A stretch of DNA of 64,000 bases from Terracidiphilus sp. (GCA_036519195.1 DATDLS010000572.1:29390-93389); one strand, 5' to 3'. Shown: positions 50,698 through 60,680, counted from the stretch's first letter. Notes: a model not told the origin generated them from the sequence alone. Numbers and translations: made by a program.

Positions 50698-53010
50698 GTG
50701 AAGGCTCGAAACTCCGCCGCGTTCATTTGCCTGGCAACATTGTCGGCATCAGTCGCGCACGCTCAACAGCTGAGCGGCCCCGCCATCCAGATCGATGCAG
50801 ATAGCGCGCATGCCACGCGCGAAATCTTCTCAATCAAAGTCGATGGTGCGTGGCAGCCGGTTCTCGCAACTGCCTCGCTCGTGCATCTGGTTACCAGCGC
50901 CGGTATGGAAGCCTGCCCCATCGCAAAAGTTGAATTGATTGAAGGCGCGCTCGTATTCGCCGGCAACTGCAGCGTGGGCGCCTTCGTGCAGCGAATCACT
51001 CTCACGGCTGAAAGCGACATTGTCGATGTTTCAACGCGGCTGAAGCTCAAGGACGGCGCATCGGTGAGCTCCGTTGAAGATCGCTACGACTTCCTGCCTC
51101 CGCGCCATACATCGGTCGACGAACATATCGGCCCTCTCGATTTTGTCTGGTCGCAGAACATCAAGAGCGAACAGGATGACCTGGTGCCGACCAACAGCTT
51201 CAAATCGCCGGCCCTGATGATGCAACAGGGCAAGCTTTTTGCCGCGCTGCTGCCCTGTTTAAATGAGCGACACGCTCAGACACGCGGTCTCGATCTTGAC
51301 GTCACTTCGAATGACAAGCCTTGGATGGCCTACGGCGCGGTCCCCAGCCAGCCGCACAACCACAGCTACTTCCGCCGCCGGCCCGACGATAAGCTCGAAA
51401 CCATCGATAACACTGTGGAATACGACTATTCACTCGTGCTTTCCGCGCAAACGCCCAGGCTTGGATACCGCAGAGTTGTACGCCTGCTATGGGAGCGCTT
51501 GGGGCACCCGGCGTTGCTAGCTTCCTCCGGCGAACAGCGGAACGTCCTCGACCACGAGCTGAACTCGTTTGCAAGCTGGCGCAACCAAGCCTGGCAAACC
51601 TACGCCGATCGTGTCTACATCGGCTTTGCCTGCGGGAACAAAACGTGCGGCACGCTGTCGAGCGATCGCAATTACAAAGGCGAATGGAACCACCCTGAAC
51701 CCGACGCCTGGTTCAATCCCTGGTTCCAGACGCTGCGCACCGCCTATGGCTGGTACGTGCACGGCCGCGCCACCCGCGACGCGACCATGATGTCCAGGGC
51801 CGAGAGCGTTCTAAATCTTGCCTTGTCTTCGCCTCGCGACAGCGGGGCCTTCTCCACGATCTATCTCGTCAACAAGCGGCAATGGATCCCAAGTGACGGC
51901 TGGGCGGGATACTCCGACAGCTATCACGCCTTTGCCATGTCGTGGACCGCCTACTGGATGCTGCGCTGGGCCGAAGATCTGACGCCGGGACGAAAAGCAG
52001 AGATCCTGGCCTTTGTGAAACCCTACGGCGAGTTTCTTCTCGCCCACCAGGCGTCCTCCGGCGTCATCCCCTCGTGGTACTACGCATCGAACCTTCGGCC
52101 TCGTACCGAGTTTCGCGACTTTAATGCGGAAACAACCGCCTCGGCACTATTGCTTGCTACTTTGGGCGGCATCACTGGCGATCAGCGCTTCATCGCTGGC
52201 GCCGAGCGCGGCATGAGCTTCATCGAGCGCGAGGTGTTGCCGCGCCAACGGTGGTTCGACTTTGAGACCTTCCTCTCCTGTGCGCGCAAGGAATACGGCT
52301 TCTTCGACACATGGACCGCCCAATATCCGCAGAACAACCTGGCAGAGATTCAGGCGCCGGCAGCAATGCTTGCTCTCTATCGTTTAACGCACAAGCCTGA
52401 ATATCTTGAAGGCGGCGCCAGGATGCTGGACTATCTGCTGCTCACGCAGCAGGTGTGGAACAATCCGCTGTATACGCCCATGCTGCTCGGCGGATTCACG
52501 ACGCAGAACACCGATCAGGAATGGAGCGACGCCCGCCAGGGCTACGCCGCCACTTTGCTGGCCGACTACTACGATGCAACCGGCGACTTTGAATATCTTG
52601 AACGCGCAATCGCCGCGGCTCGATCCACGTTCGCCGTTGCGCCCTGGGAGAACTGGGCCCACCAAGGCTATCCTGATAAGCCCGGCGCACTCACTGGCTT
52701 CCATTGGGGCACCGGTAGCGCAATGACCTCGGTCGAAATCATGTCTCCCAAACTTGGCGACGCGCTGATCGACCTCGATGCTCGGCGCGGCGCAGGCTTT
52801 GACCAATGCTCCGTCAACGATGTCGACGTCGCAGCAGACACCATTTCATTTCGCATCGCCTCTCACGCGCGCGAGCGGCAGTTCCTGGTCCGCTTCCGCG
52901 GCGTCGACCCTGCGCGACAGTACCGCATCGTCTGGAACGGGAACAGAACGGATGGCCTCTCAGGCGCACGGCTCTTGGAAGAAGGCCTATTGGTGGGCCC
53001 CCTCCAATAG
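50698..53010 (+). CDS. Uncharacterised secreted protein with a beta-rich N-terminus and a six-hairpin glycosidase-like C-terminus
   Basis: Signal peptide ending AHA-Q; helical hairpin repeats (TGDQRFIAGA, THKPEYLEGG, TGDFEYLERA); Trp- and acid-rich motifs; AGGAGG RBS. Confidence 0.7.
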   Translation: MKARNSAAFICLATLSASVAHAQQLSGPAIQIDADSAHATREIFSIKVDGAWQPVLATASLVHLVTSAGMEACPIAKVELIEGALVFAGNCSVGAFVQRITLTAESDIVDVSTRLKLKDGASVSSVEDRYDFLPPRHTSVDEHIGPLDFVWSQNIKSEQDDLVPTNSFKSPALMMQQGKLFAALLPCLNERHAQTRGLDLDVTSNDKPWMAYGAVPSQPHNHSYFRRRPDDKLETIDNTVEYDYSLVLSAQTPRLGYRRVVRLLWERLGHPALLASSGEQRNVLDHELNSFASWRNQAWQTYADRVYIGFACGNKTCGTLSSDRNYKGEWNHPEPDAWFNPWFQTLRTAYGWYVHGRATRDATMMSRAESVLNLALSSPRDSGAFSTIYLVNKRQWIPSDGWAGYSDSYHAFAMSWTAYWMLRWAEDLTPGRKAEILAFVKPYGEFLLAHQASSGVIPSWYYASNLRPRTEFRDFNAETTASALLLATLGGITGDQRFIAGAERGMSFIEREVLPRQRWFDFETFLSCARKEYGFFDTWTAQYPQNNLAEIQAPAAMLALYRLTHKPEYLEGGARMLDYLLLTQQVWNNPLYTPMLLGGFTTQNTDQEWSDARQGYAATLLADYYDATGDFEYLERAIAAARSTFAVAPWENWAHQGYPDKPGALTGFHWGTGSAMTSVEIMSPKLGDALIDLDARRGAGFDQCSVNDVDVAADTISFRIASHARERQFLVRFRGVDPARQYRIVWNGNRTDGLSGARLLEEGLLVGPLQ

Positions 53011-53560
53011 GAACTGATCTGCGCCGTCGTTTAGCACCTAGCTGGCTGAGTTCATCGAAGAGCGATCGCGACCGGCAATATGCATGCGGCGTCCCATCAT
53101 CGATGGTTCCTCTTGCTCGACTTCGACCGCATGAATTCTCGCGAAATCGATGTCCGGCACGACAAGAAACAGCCAACTTCCCTTGAGCATTTGGGCGCAG
53201 CCCATGATAAACCATCACTTACCCGTGGCCTGCACCTACTTCCCTGCATATGTCCAGCCGCCGCACCAGAGTTGAGCCGTCGCAGAGAACATTGAACACT
53301 CGACTACCCACCCGTTGGTCTTCAAGAGACCACCCCAATCTTTCTCAGTAAAATAGAGGGTCAACCTGTAGGTCCCATCGTCTACGGGAAGCGCCTACAA
53401 CAAGCTGCCTTTGCGCTCGCCCGCGAAAATCCCTGGATCCGAGGCGCCACCCAGCGCGAGTTTTTCGATCCGGTCACGGTGATGGCACGGGGCAGCCTTT
53501 GCGTCTCAACCGCAATGGGACGCTGAGTGTCATGCCGTCCAGGTTTTACCCGCGATCCGC

Positions 53561-56500
53561 TCAAAAGATTAACTTGAGAGCAAATTGCAATTCGCGCGGA
53601 TTGTTCACCTGTGATGAGACCACGCCGGTGGTGCCGTCTCCCAAGGCCGTGTCTGGCGGACCGAACTGCGGATGATTGAAGATGTTGAATGCCTCGGCGC
53701 GAAACTCCAGGTTCCACCGGTCACCGAACAAAGGCGTGTTCTTGACTCCGGAGAGGTCGAGATCGACCATGCCATCGTCGCGAAGAGAGCCAAGGAGCCT
53801 AGGTGAATTGCCGTATGTGAATGATGGGGGCGCGCTGAAATCGTTCACATTGAAGTACGCATTCAAACGATCCTTGATCGGGGTATTTGGAATTGGATTC
53901 TGTCCGTTCCAGTTTGCGAGTTGCGTCCCTCCGTCGTTGAAGAGCGTGTTCGCGGCCGTAAACACCTGCAGGGGTGTACCGCTCTCGATGTAGCTGATTC
54001 CGTTCAGTTGCCAGCCACCGATAAAGTAGTTTGCGACACTGTTGGAGTTGAGCCATCTCTCCTTCTTGCCGAAGGGCAAGTCATATGTCCCGTTGATCGC
54101 CAAATAATTCCGCGTATCGAACGAGCCTAGCGCCCATGCAGCACGAAGATCGTCCCAATCCTGTATTCCACCACCTGAATAGGTACCTCCCGGGAATCCT
54201 GTCTCCGTTGCTCCAACATTGTCCATAAGTTTGGACAAGGTATAAGAGAGGAGAACAGCGAACCCATTGGTGAATCTCCGTTCAACCTTCGCCTGCAGCG
54301 AATTATAAAAGGAGGCGCCATAGAAAGAGCCGTCGCCAAGAGTCACCCCTGTGAACTGCGGATAAGGCAAGAGCAATTGGCTTTCGGCGACGGTCGGACC
54401 GCTCAGGGCGCCGGAGGAGATGTGCCCCTGGAACGGATTGCTGACCTGGGAAATCAGCTGACTTCCGAAAGTGAGGTACTTGTCGGGAAGTTGATTTGCG
54501 TCATAATCGCCGTACAAGTGAACCCCGTGGCTACCGGCGTAGGCCACGTCGACCAGCAAGTGCATCGGAAACGTATGCTGAACATCCACATTCCACTGTT
54601 CCGCATAGGAGGTACGACGGCTGCGAGACATTGCAACTACTGATTGGCCTAGATCGGTCGCCAACCCCTGGCTGCTGCCAGTTGCATAGGTAAAACCCGT
54701 TGGGAATGGATTGCTCAACAGGTTCTGCGGATTAACGCCGTTCAGGCTGTTCACCCAAGTAGTGCTCCCGAGAAAGCCGGTATTGGGAACTGAATTCCCA
54801 TTGAAGCCTCCACCGACCACCGGGGCCATGAAGATCCCGTACCCTCCACGGATAGCCGTACTCATTCCTGCGTTGTAGGCAAAGCCCACACGAGGCTGCA
54901 GGCCCGTCTTCTTGTCTGGATTGAATTGATAATGAGAAATCCCATTTACTCCAGGGAACTCCATGCCTCCGGCCAGGGCCTCGCCGGGTACCTGCAACGG
55001 AGAGGTTGCCGTAGGATTCCAGTCTGTGATTCGATTGAATCGCTCGCTCCACGGGGTGTCGTAGTCATATCTGAAACCGAGATTCAGCGTTAGTCTGTGG
55101 TTCACTTTCCAGTCATCCTCGAAGTAACCACCGTAATACTTGCTGCTGGTGATCTCATCGGGGCCGCCCGTGTAATTAAAACCGGAATCTCCAGCCCCGA
55201 GCAGAAATGAGGCAAACCCGACGCCTGACGTCCCCGAATCATAGGGACTTGGTCCTTGAGTAAAATCAGGGCCAAAGTTATAGAAGCCTCCTGCGTTATT
55301 GAATCTTCCCGTCGCGACAAGGCCGATGCCAAGATCACCGCCAAATTTAAGCGTGTGCGTGCCGGCAACCGCTGTCAGGTTTCCTGCTTCGTTATAGGTT
55401 TGATACGCATCGCGGAGAACGCCGACGAAGCAAAACGAGCCCATCGCAAGCCCCGATCCAATGTTCCCTATGGATTGCGCTACTCCAATCCCCCCGATCG
55501 ATATGGACGGAAAGCACTGCACCGTACTCGATAGCTGGGAGAAGTACGACGGGAAACCAAACTGCGTCTCAGGAATGCCTAGGCCGGGCGGGGTCCTGTT
55601 CAAATGATAGCGGACAAAGCTTGAGTTAAGCTCCAGCACGGCCTTGGGGGATATGACAGTCGTATCGTCAATTGTCGCCTGCATCTGGCGTAGAGTATCG
55701 TCTCCGAGAACTGGCGAACCGACCGCCAAATCAGCAGTGTTCCCCCAGACTGGAGGTCGATCCTGCGATGTATCGGAAATTGAGAAACGACCATAAAGTC
55801 TGGATTTTGTCCTGAGCTGTTGATCGATGCGAAGTGAAAAGTCATCCTTGTCAATAGGTGAGCTTGCGTTGGAAATAAAGTTGTTGACTCCCGATGCGCT
55901 CCCCGGTTGGTTTGGAAGCGGAAGGTAATTCAGCAAGGTGGTCGTGGTGGGGTTCAGTAACCCGCTCGGTATGATATTGCCACTGAACTGTGTCCTCACA
56001 TATTGTCCGGTTGCCGAATCCAGTGTCGTACTGAACGGATTGTAGATCGGAAATGGCTGTCCTGAAAAATCGCCGCCTCGTTCCGCCTGCGTAGGAATCG
56101 TAGCGGTGGTGGTGACTGCTTGCGTCCACCGCAACCCTTCATAGGAGAAGAAAAAGAACGTGTGATTCCGAAGTACCGGTCCGCCTATCGCTGCGCCAAA
56201 CTGGTTGTAGAGGAACGGCGCTCTTGGAAGACCTGCCTGGATGGCGAAATAATTATTTGCGTTCAGTCCAGTTGAACGGTGAAACTCCCATAGTGAACCG
56301 TGAAACTTATTGGTTCCGGATTTTGTAATCACATTGACGACTCCACCGGCGGTATTCGGAAACTCCGCACTATAATTGTTTGTTTGAACTTTATATTCTT
56401 GCACCATATCAATGCTTGGATACAAACCTGGTCCGTTGAATGCCGGTTCTGTATTGGCTCCTCCGTCCAGGAGAAAGGAGTTCGCATTGGGACGCGACCC

Positions 56501-57124
56501 GTTGATCGAGACGAACTGGTCGTTGTATTCGTCCGTAGCAGGCTGTGTAAACCCATAGGATGCCAGCACGCCAGGCACCAGAGTTGCAAAACTGTAACTG
56601 TTCCGTCCATTGACGGGAAGATCCACGATGGGCTGATTGGCTATGACCTGTCCTAAAGAAGAAGTCTCGCTCTGCAGTGCTGAGGGTTCACTCGTAACGG
56701 TCACTTTCTCGGAAACCTGGCCAACCTGGATGGCCGCATTGATCGTCAGAGCATCACCGACCTCCAGTTTGATTCTCGGCTGCAGAAACTGACGAAACCC
56801 GGTTGCTTCGATGCTCAGGCTGTAATTGGCGGGGGGCAAAAGAGTTAGGTCGTAGTATCCGTGATTGTCGGTTTTTGCTGCCCGAACTTGATTCGTATCG
56901 ACATTTATGAGAGTGACTCGTGCGTTTGCGATGACGTTTCCTATCTGATCAGCGACGGTCCCCTCAATAGACCCCGTTGCTGTCTGCGACCAGAGCCGAG
57001 CAATACAAAGCGAAGAAATTAGCATGCAGAGGGTCAGGCTCGTTCTCACCTTCCACCACGTCCGAGGAGTCCTTACCCGAGTATTCAAGCCCCGATTTCG
57101 AAACGATTCTGAAATCCGATGCAT
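53561..57124 (-). CDS. TonB-dependent receptor (Oar-like, carboxypeptidase-regulatory N-domain)
   Basis: TGSIEGTVAD..G, LPVNGRN, TKSGTNKFHGS, TLNLGFRYD, C-terminal FRAEAFNIFNHP...RELQFALKLIF; start uncertain (ORF open from 57157). Confidence 0.95.
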   Translation of the reverse strand: MHRISESFRNRGLNTRVRTPRTWWKVRTSLTLCMLISSLCIARLWSQTATGSIEGTVADQIGNVIANARVTLINVDTNQVRAAKTDNHGYYDLTLLPPANYSLSIEATGFRQFLQPRIKLEVGDALTINAAIQVGQVSEKVTVTSEPSALQSETSSLGQVIANQPIVDLPVNGRNSYSFATLVPGVLASYGFTQPATDEYNDQFVSINGSRPNANSFLLDGGANTEPAFNGPGLYPSIDMVQEYKVQTNNYSAEFPNTAGGVVNVITKSGTNKFHGSLWEFHRSTGLNANNYFAIQAGLPRAPFLYNQFGAAIGGPVLRNHTFFFFSYEGLRWTQAVTTTATIPTQAERGGDFSGQPFPIYNPFSTTLDSATGQYVRTQFSGNIIPSGLLNPTTTTLLNYLPLPNQPGSASGVNNFISNASSPIDKDDFSLRIDQQLRTKSRLYGRFSISDTSQDRPPVWGNTADLAVGSPVLGDDTLRQMQATIDDTTVISPKAVLELNSSFVRYHLNRTPPGLGIPETQFGFPSYFSQLSSTVQCFPSISIGGIGVAQSIGNIGSGLAMGSFCFVGVLRDAYQTYNEAGNLTAVAGTHTLKFGGDLGIGLVATGRFNNAGGFYNFGPDFTQGPSPYDSGTSGVGFASFLLGAGDSGFNYTGGPDEITSSKYYGGYFEDDWKVNHRLTLNLGFRYDYDTPWSERFNRITDWNPTATSPLQVPGEALAGGMEFPGVNGISHYQFNPDKKTGLQPRVGFAYNAGMSTAIRGGYGIFMAPVVGGGFNGNSVPNTGFLGSTTWVNSLNGVNPQNLLSNPFPTGFTYATGSSQGLATDLGQSVVAMSRSRRTSYAEQWNVDVQHTFPMHLLVDVAYAGSHGVHLYGDYDANQLPDKYLTFGSQLISQVSNPFQGHISSGALSGPTVAESQLLLPYPQFTGVTLGDGSFYGASFYNSLQAKVERRFTNGFAVLLSYTLSKLMDNVGATETGFPGGTYSGGGIQDWDDLRAAWALGSFDTRNYLAINGTYDLPFGKKERWLNSNSVANYFIGGWQLNGISYIESGTPLQVFTAANTLFNDGGTQLANWNGQNPIPNTPIKDRLNAYFNVNDFSAPPSFTYGNSPRLLGSLRDDGMVDLDLSGVKNTPLFGDRWNLEFRAEAFNIFNHPQFGPPDTALGDGTTGVVSSQVNNPRELQFALKLIF

Positions 57125-57189
57125 AGAAGTCACGTCCTTTCCTCCAGAGTTGCGCAATCACTTTCTCCAGGTGATTGATGCCGTCTTGG

Positions 57190-57232
57190 TTTCTACACCT
57201 CCTAATTTAAAGTTGTCAAGCGTAACGTTACG
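57190..57232 (-). promoter_or_regulatory. Promoter and perfect LacI-type operator of the TBDR
   Basis: Minus strand: CGTAACGTTACG (perfect palindrome, 57221-57232), C, TTGACA, 18 nt, TAGAAA. Confidence 0.75.
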
Positions 57233-57829
57233 ATTTTGAGAAAAAGTTGCGACATGGCAATTTAGATCGCAAGATCGACTCCCGCGCCTGGCGTCGAACG
57301 AATGCGGTTCCAGTCGCTGTGCGCTGGCTCCGCAGGCGCATCCAACCTCTTCAGTGGCCTGCAGACTGGAGTAGCCCGTCTTCATCGGCGGCTAGGAATT
57401 CGGCAATTGCCGAACGAGCATTGTCTCTGCCTTTCTCCTCATTCTCCAGGAATCGGAACGATACAGGATTCGGCATGACGCTGCAAAAAACCGACGATCC
57501 CGCCTGTGGAGATACTCTGGCGCTGCGATTGGACAGGGTCAACAAACGATGAAAAGTAGCCACCTCCCTCTCGAACCACATCAACCAGTACGAGGTTCTG
57601 GAGCGCGAGAAGCCCGGGCACGGTATTGAGCGACGCCGGCGATGACTGCAGGAATCAAGAGTGTCGATCGCGCGCGAACGAAGCCGATTACGCTTATAAA
57701 GCGCCGAGGTGCTTGATCGGCGTGGACGATGATCTGACGCCTGATTGGCCTCGCGGCAGTTTGGATGACGCACCGCACCATTTCAATCAACGACCTGGCC
57801 GCAAGTGGCGGGAAATCAGCCTCTGAGAG

Positions 57830-58031
57830 ATTGAATCGGATGGCAGCGAGCCGGGGTATCGAGCTTTTCTTCCACTTTCGACCGGACTACCTCGTCTAAA
57901 TTTGCCTCGACCCGACCTTCTCCGACCCGACCTTCTCCGACCCGACCTTCTCCGACCCGACCTTCTCCGACCCACCTGATCACCCCAGCCAGAGCCCCCA
58001 CTCCAGTACCTGAATTGGCTCCTGGGTCCAT
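57830..58031 (-). mobile_element. IS256-family transposase N-terminal remnant
   Basis: LAGVIR...EGRVEANLDEVVRSKVEEKLD resembles the IS256 start 'VI.IDEG.I..HLDEVVR.TVEETLN'; truncated. Confidence 0.5.
57908..57973. repeat. 15-bp tandem repeat, about 4.4 copies
   Basis: (CGACCCGACCTTCTC)x4 plus CGACCC. Confidence 0.95.
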
Positions 58032-58586
58032 GGTTGTTTCGATCGCTCTTTCAAGCAAGGTAGCGCTCTTCCTGATTTGGCAATCTGACCGGAGCGCCAA
58101 AAGGGCAAGTGTAGTATCGAGAAATCGCGCGGTTGGTTATCTCTGTCCTATCTGTTTCCCGCCCTTTCCTGTGCCGGCGCCTCACTCCCGAGACCGAACT
58201 CCGTTCCTAATCCCGCCCATCGAACCGGAAGGCATCCGGCTCCCGGAGGAAACATTACGGTTTCGCCCACGAAAAGTTGCGCGACCGCTCCGTTCGCCAG
58301 ACTAGACCAAACCGATCGTGCAGGCTGGCTTCCGGAACTTCCCGGTCGCAGGGCATGTCGCTTTGTGTCTGGCGCACAACCTCTGACACAGCCGTTTACG
58401 GGCATGTCTTCCTGGCCGAAGTTCCCCTCTTGAACAAAGTAGAAAGCTCGAATAGCCGTTCGGACGGCGAATTCTCCATTTTCGGAGCTCTCGTCGCATG
58501 AAGCCTCAGGAGGTAGTCAACTTTTTGGCAACCGTGCTACGCTGATCCGAGTGGGTTCCCAACCGGGAATCTGAAGACCCGCAAGT

Positions 58587-58615
58587 GGTAACACGCTTAT
58601 GAAAACCGTGTTACC
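58587..58615. promoter_or_regulatory. NikR-like operator
   Basis: Perfect inverted repeat GGTAACAC-N13-GTGTTACC directly upstream of a NiCoT gene. Confidence 0.7.
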
Positions 58616-58665
58616 GGTCCGATTCAGTTTGAAGCGACGTGGTTGCCCCCAGTCCCAGGAAACAA

Positions 58666-59733
58666 ATGCCTTCCTTTTCGCGGTCCCTTTTCAATGACGA
58701 GCCAGGCAGCACCAAAGCAAAGATCACCGTCTTATATTCCCTCCTGGTTGGGTTTAATTCGGCTGCATGGTGTTGGGCGTTCTTCGCATTTCATCGCTTT
58801 CCGGTGCTCCTTGGCACGGCGTTTCTTGCTTACAGCTTCGGGCTGCGCCACGCGGTAGATGCGGACCACATCGCGGCGATCGACAACGTCACGCGCAAGC
58901 TGATGCAACAGGGAAAGCGGCCGGTTGCCGTGGGACTGATGTTCTCGCTGGGCCACTCGACCATCGTGATTGCGGGCTCGATTACGATTGCCGCCACGGC
59001 GCTGGCGCTGCAACATCGCATCGATGCGGTCCGTGCAATTGGAGGACTGATCGGCACATTGGTGTCGGCGTTGTTTCTGTTCGGAATTGCGATGGTCAAT
59101 CTGATCGTGCTGCAGTCGGTTTATCGCAGCTTTATGAGGGTGCGGCGCGGAGAACCTTATGTCGAAGAAGACTTCGATCTGCTGCTTGGCAATCGCGGCT
59201 TCCTGTCGCGGTTGTTTCGCCCCATGTTCAACCTGATCCAATCCAGCTGGCATATGTATCCACTGGGTATATTGTTTGGCCTGGGGTTCGATACGGCAAC
59301 GGAGATTGGCCTGCTTGGCATCTCCGCTGCTGAAGCTTCCAAGGGTCTGTCTCTGTCGTCGATCCTGGTGTTTCCGGCCTTGTTTGCAGCGGGCATGTCG
59401 CTTATCGATTCCACAGACAACATCTTGATGCTGGGAGCCTATGGATGGGCGTTCGTCAAGCCCATTCGGAAGCTCTACTACAACATCACCATTACATCCG
59501 TTTCGGTGGTGGTTGCGCTGGCCGTGGGCGGCATCGAAGCGCTCGGGCTGTTGGTGGACCGCTTGCGCCTGACCGGCGGTTTTTGGAGCCTGGTTGGCAA
59601 GCTCAATGACAACTTTGGCCTCCTCGGCTACGGCATCATTGGGCTGTTTGCGTTTAGCTGGATTTTATCGATCGCGATTTACAAGTGGCGCCGCTTTGAC
59701 GATCTGGAACTGGGTACGCGCGACGCGGCGTAG
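58666..59733 (+). CDS. HoxN/HupN/NixA (NiCoT) nickel/cobalt permease
   Basis: GLRHAVDADHIAAIDN, FSLGHSTIV, LFGLGFDTATEI signatures; start at 58666 or 58639. Confidence 0.95.
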   Translation: MPSFSRSLFNDEPGSTKAKITVLYSLLVGFNSAAWCWAFFAFHRFPVLLGTAFLAYSFGLRHAVDADHIAAIDNVTRKLMQQGKRPVAVGLMFSLGHSTIVIAGSITIAATALALQHRIDAVRAIGGLIGTLVSALFLFGIAMVNLIVLQSVYRSFMRVRRGEPYVEEDFDLLLGNRGFLSRLFRPMFNLIQSSWHMYPLGILFGLGFDTATEIGLLGISAAEASKGLSLSSILVFPALFAAGMSLIDSTDNILMLGAYGWAFVKPIRKLYYNITITSVSVVVALAVGGIEALGLLVDRLRLTGGFWSLVGKLNDNFGLLGYGIIGLFAFSWILSIAIYKWRRFDDLELGTRDAA

Positions 59734-59801
59734 GTCTTGTCGAATCGGGCCCTTCTGCTGAGGCCGATGGGCGGCGCAATTTCCCGCTCATCGGCCATCA
59801 C

Positions 59802-60680
59802 TCACGCACCCAGCGCTTCCAGGTCGACCGAAACCCTAAGGGTATGCGCGCCGCCGCCTTGGATCACACCATACAAGGGACTGACGTCGCCGTATTCACG
59901 GCCCCAGCCGATGGTGACGTGCTCGTCTGACGGCTCAAGATTGTTGGTCGGATCCACATCCATCCATCCAACGCCCGGGCAATAGGCAGATAGCCACGCA
60001 TGCGAAGCGTCCGCGCCGACCAGCCTAGGCTGACCAACGGGCGGATGGGTGCGCAGATAGCCACTCACGTAGCGCGCGGAAATGTTGAGAGCGCGCAGAC
60101 ATGCAATCTCGAAATGCGCAAAATCCTGGCAGACCCCGCGCTTTTTGCGAAAGACTTCTTCCGGAGTGGTGCGTACGTTGGTCACTTTGGAATCATATTT
60201 GAAATCGCCGTAAATGCGGGCGGTCAACTCGAGGAGCGCTTCGCGCATCGGGCGTCCTGGAGTAAACGACAGCGATGCATAGTCAGCAAATTCCGGCCGC
60301 GGTTTAATGCGCGGCGACTCGAACCGGAACTGGAACGCATCGAGACCAGCCGGGCTTTGATCCATCTGAACCTGCTGGACCGCTTGTTCCCAGGAAAGGG
60401 ACTCGACCAAGCAAGACGGTGGTTTGGACTCCACATTCACCTCGGAGCGGGTTTCAACCACGAGTTCCCTGTGCGGCTCCTGGACGGTGAAGAAGTAAAG
60501 CAGGTTTCCGAAATAATCCGTTCGTTCGGTCATGGTTGCCGGGACCGGCTGAACGTGCAGCTGGCTCTCGACCACGTGCTGGCGCAGCAAGGTTCGCGGA
60601 CGCAGACAGGCTACATGCTTGCCGATCGTAACCGGGTGGCGGTACTTGAACGTGGTGCGATGAATGACTCGGTACTTCAT
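59802..60680 (-). CDS. Transglutaminase-like protein with a bacterial transglutaminase N-domain
   Basis: YRVIHRTTFKY, GVCQDFAH (Cys), ARYVSGY, ASHAW (His), DPTN (Asp), GREYGDVSP. Confidence 0.95.
   Translation of the reverse strand: MKYRVIHRTTFKYRHPVTIGKHVACLRPRTLLRQHVVESQLHVQPVPATMTERTDYFGNLLYFFTVQEPHRELVVETRSEVNVESKPPSCLVESLSWEQAVQQVQMDQSPAGLDAFQFRFESPRIKPRPEFADYASLSFTPGRPMREALLELTARIYGDFKYDSKVTNVRTTPEEVFRKKRGVCQDFAHFEIACLRALNISARYVSGYLRTHPPVGQPRLVGADASHAWLSAYCPGVGWMDVDPTNNLEPSDEHVTIGWGREYGDVSPLYGVIQGGGAHTLRVSVDLEALGA

Noticed and set aside
53010-53560. Small ORFs between the convergent GH-like and TBDR genes
   Set aside because: No convincing start signals or motifs.
57247-57826. GDTLALRLDR as a resolvase fragment
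   Set aside because: The match is too short, and the flanking translation does not continue a resolvase pattern.
57908-57973. Tandem repeat as a CRISPR array
   Set aside because: 15-bp units are directly adjacent with no spacers, and there are no cas genes.
58500-58640. Cobalamin or NiCo riboswitch upstream of the NiCoT
   Set aside because: No B12-box or multi-stem consensus was recognised; a protein-binding palindrome explains the region better.
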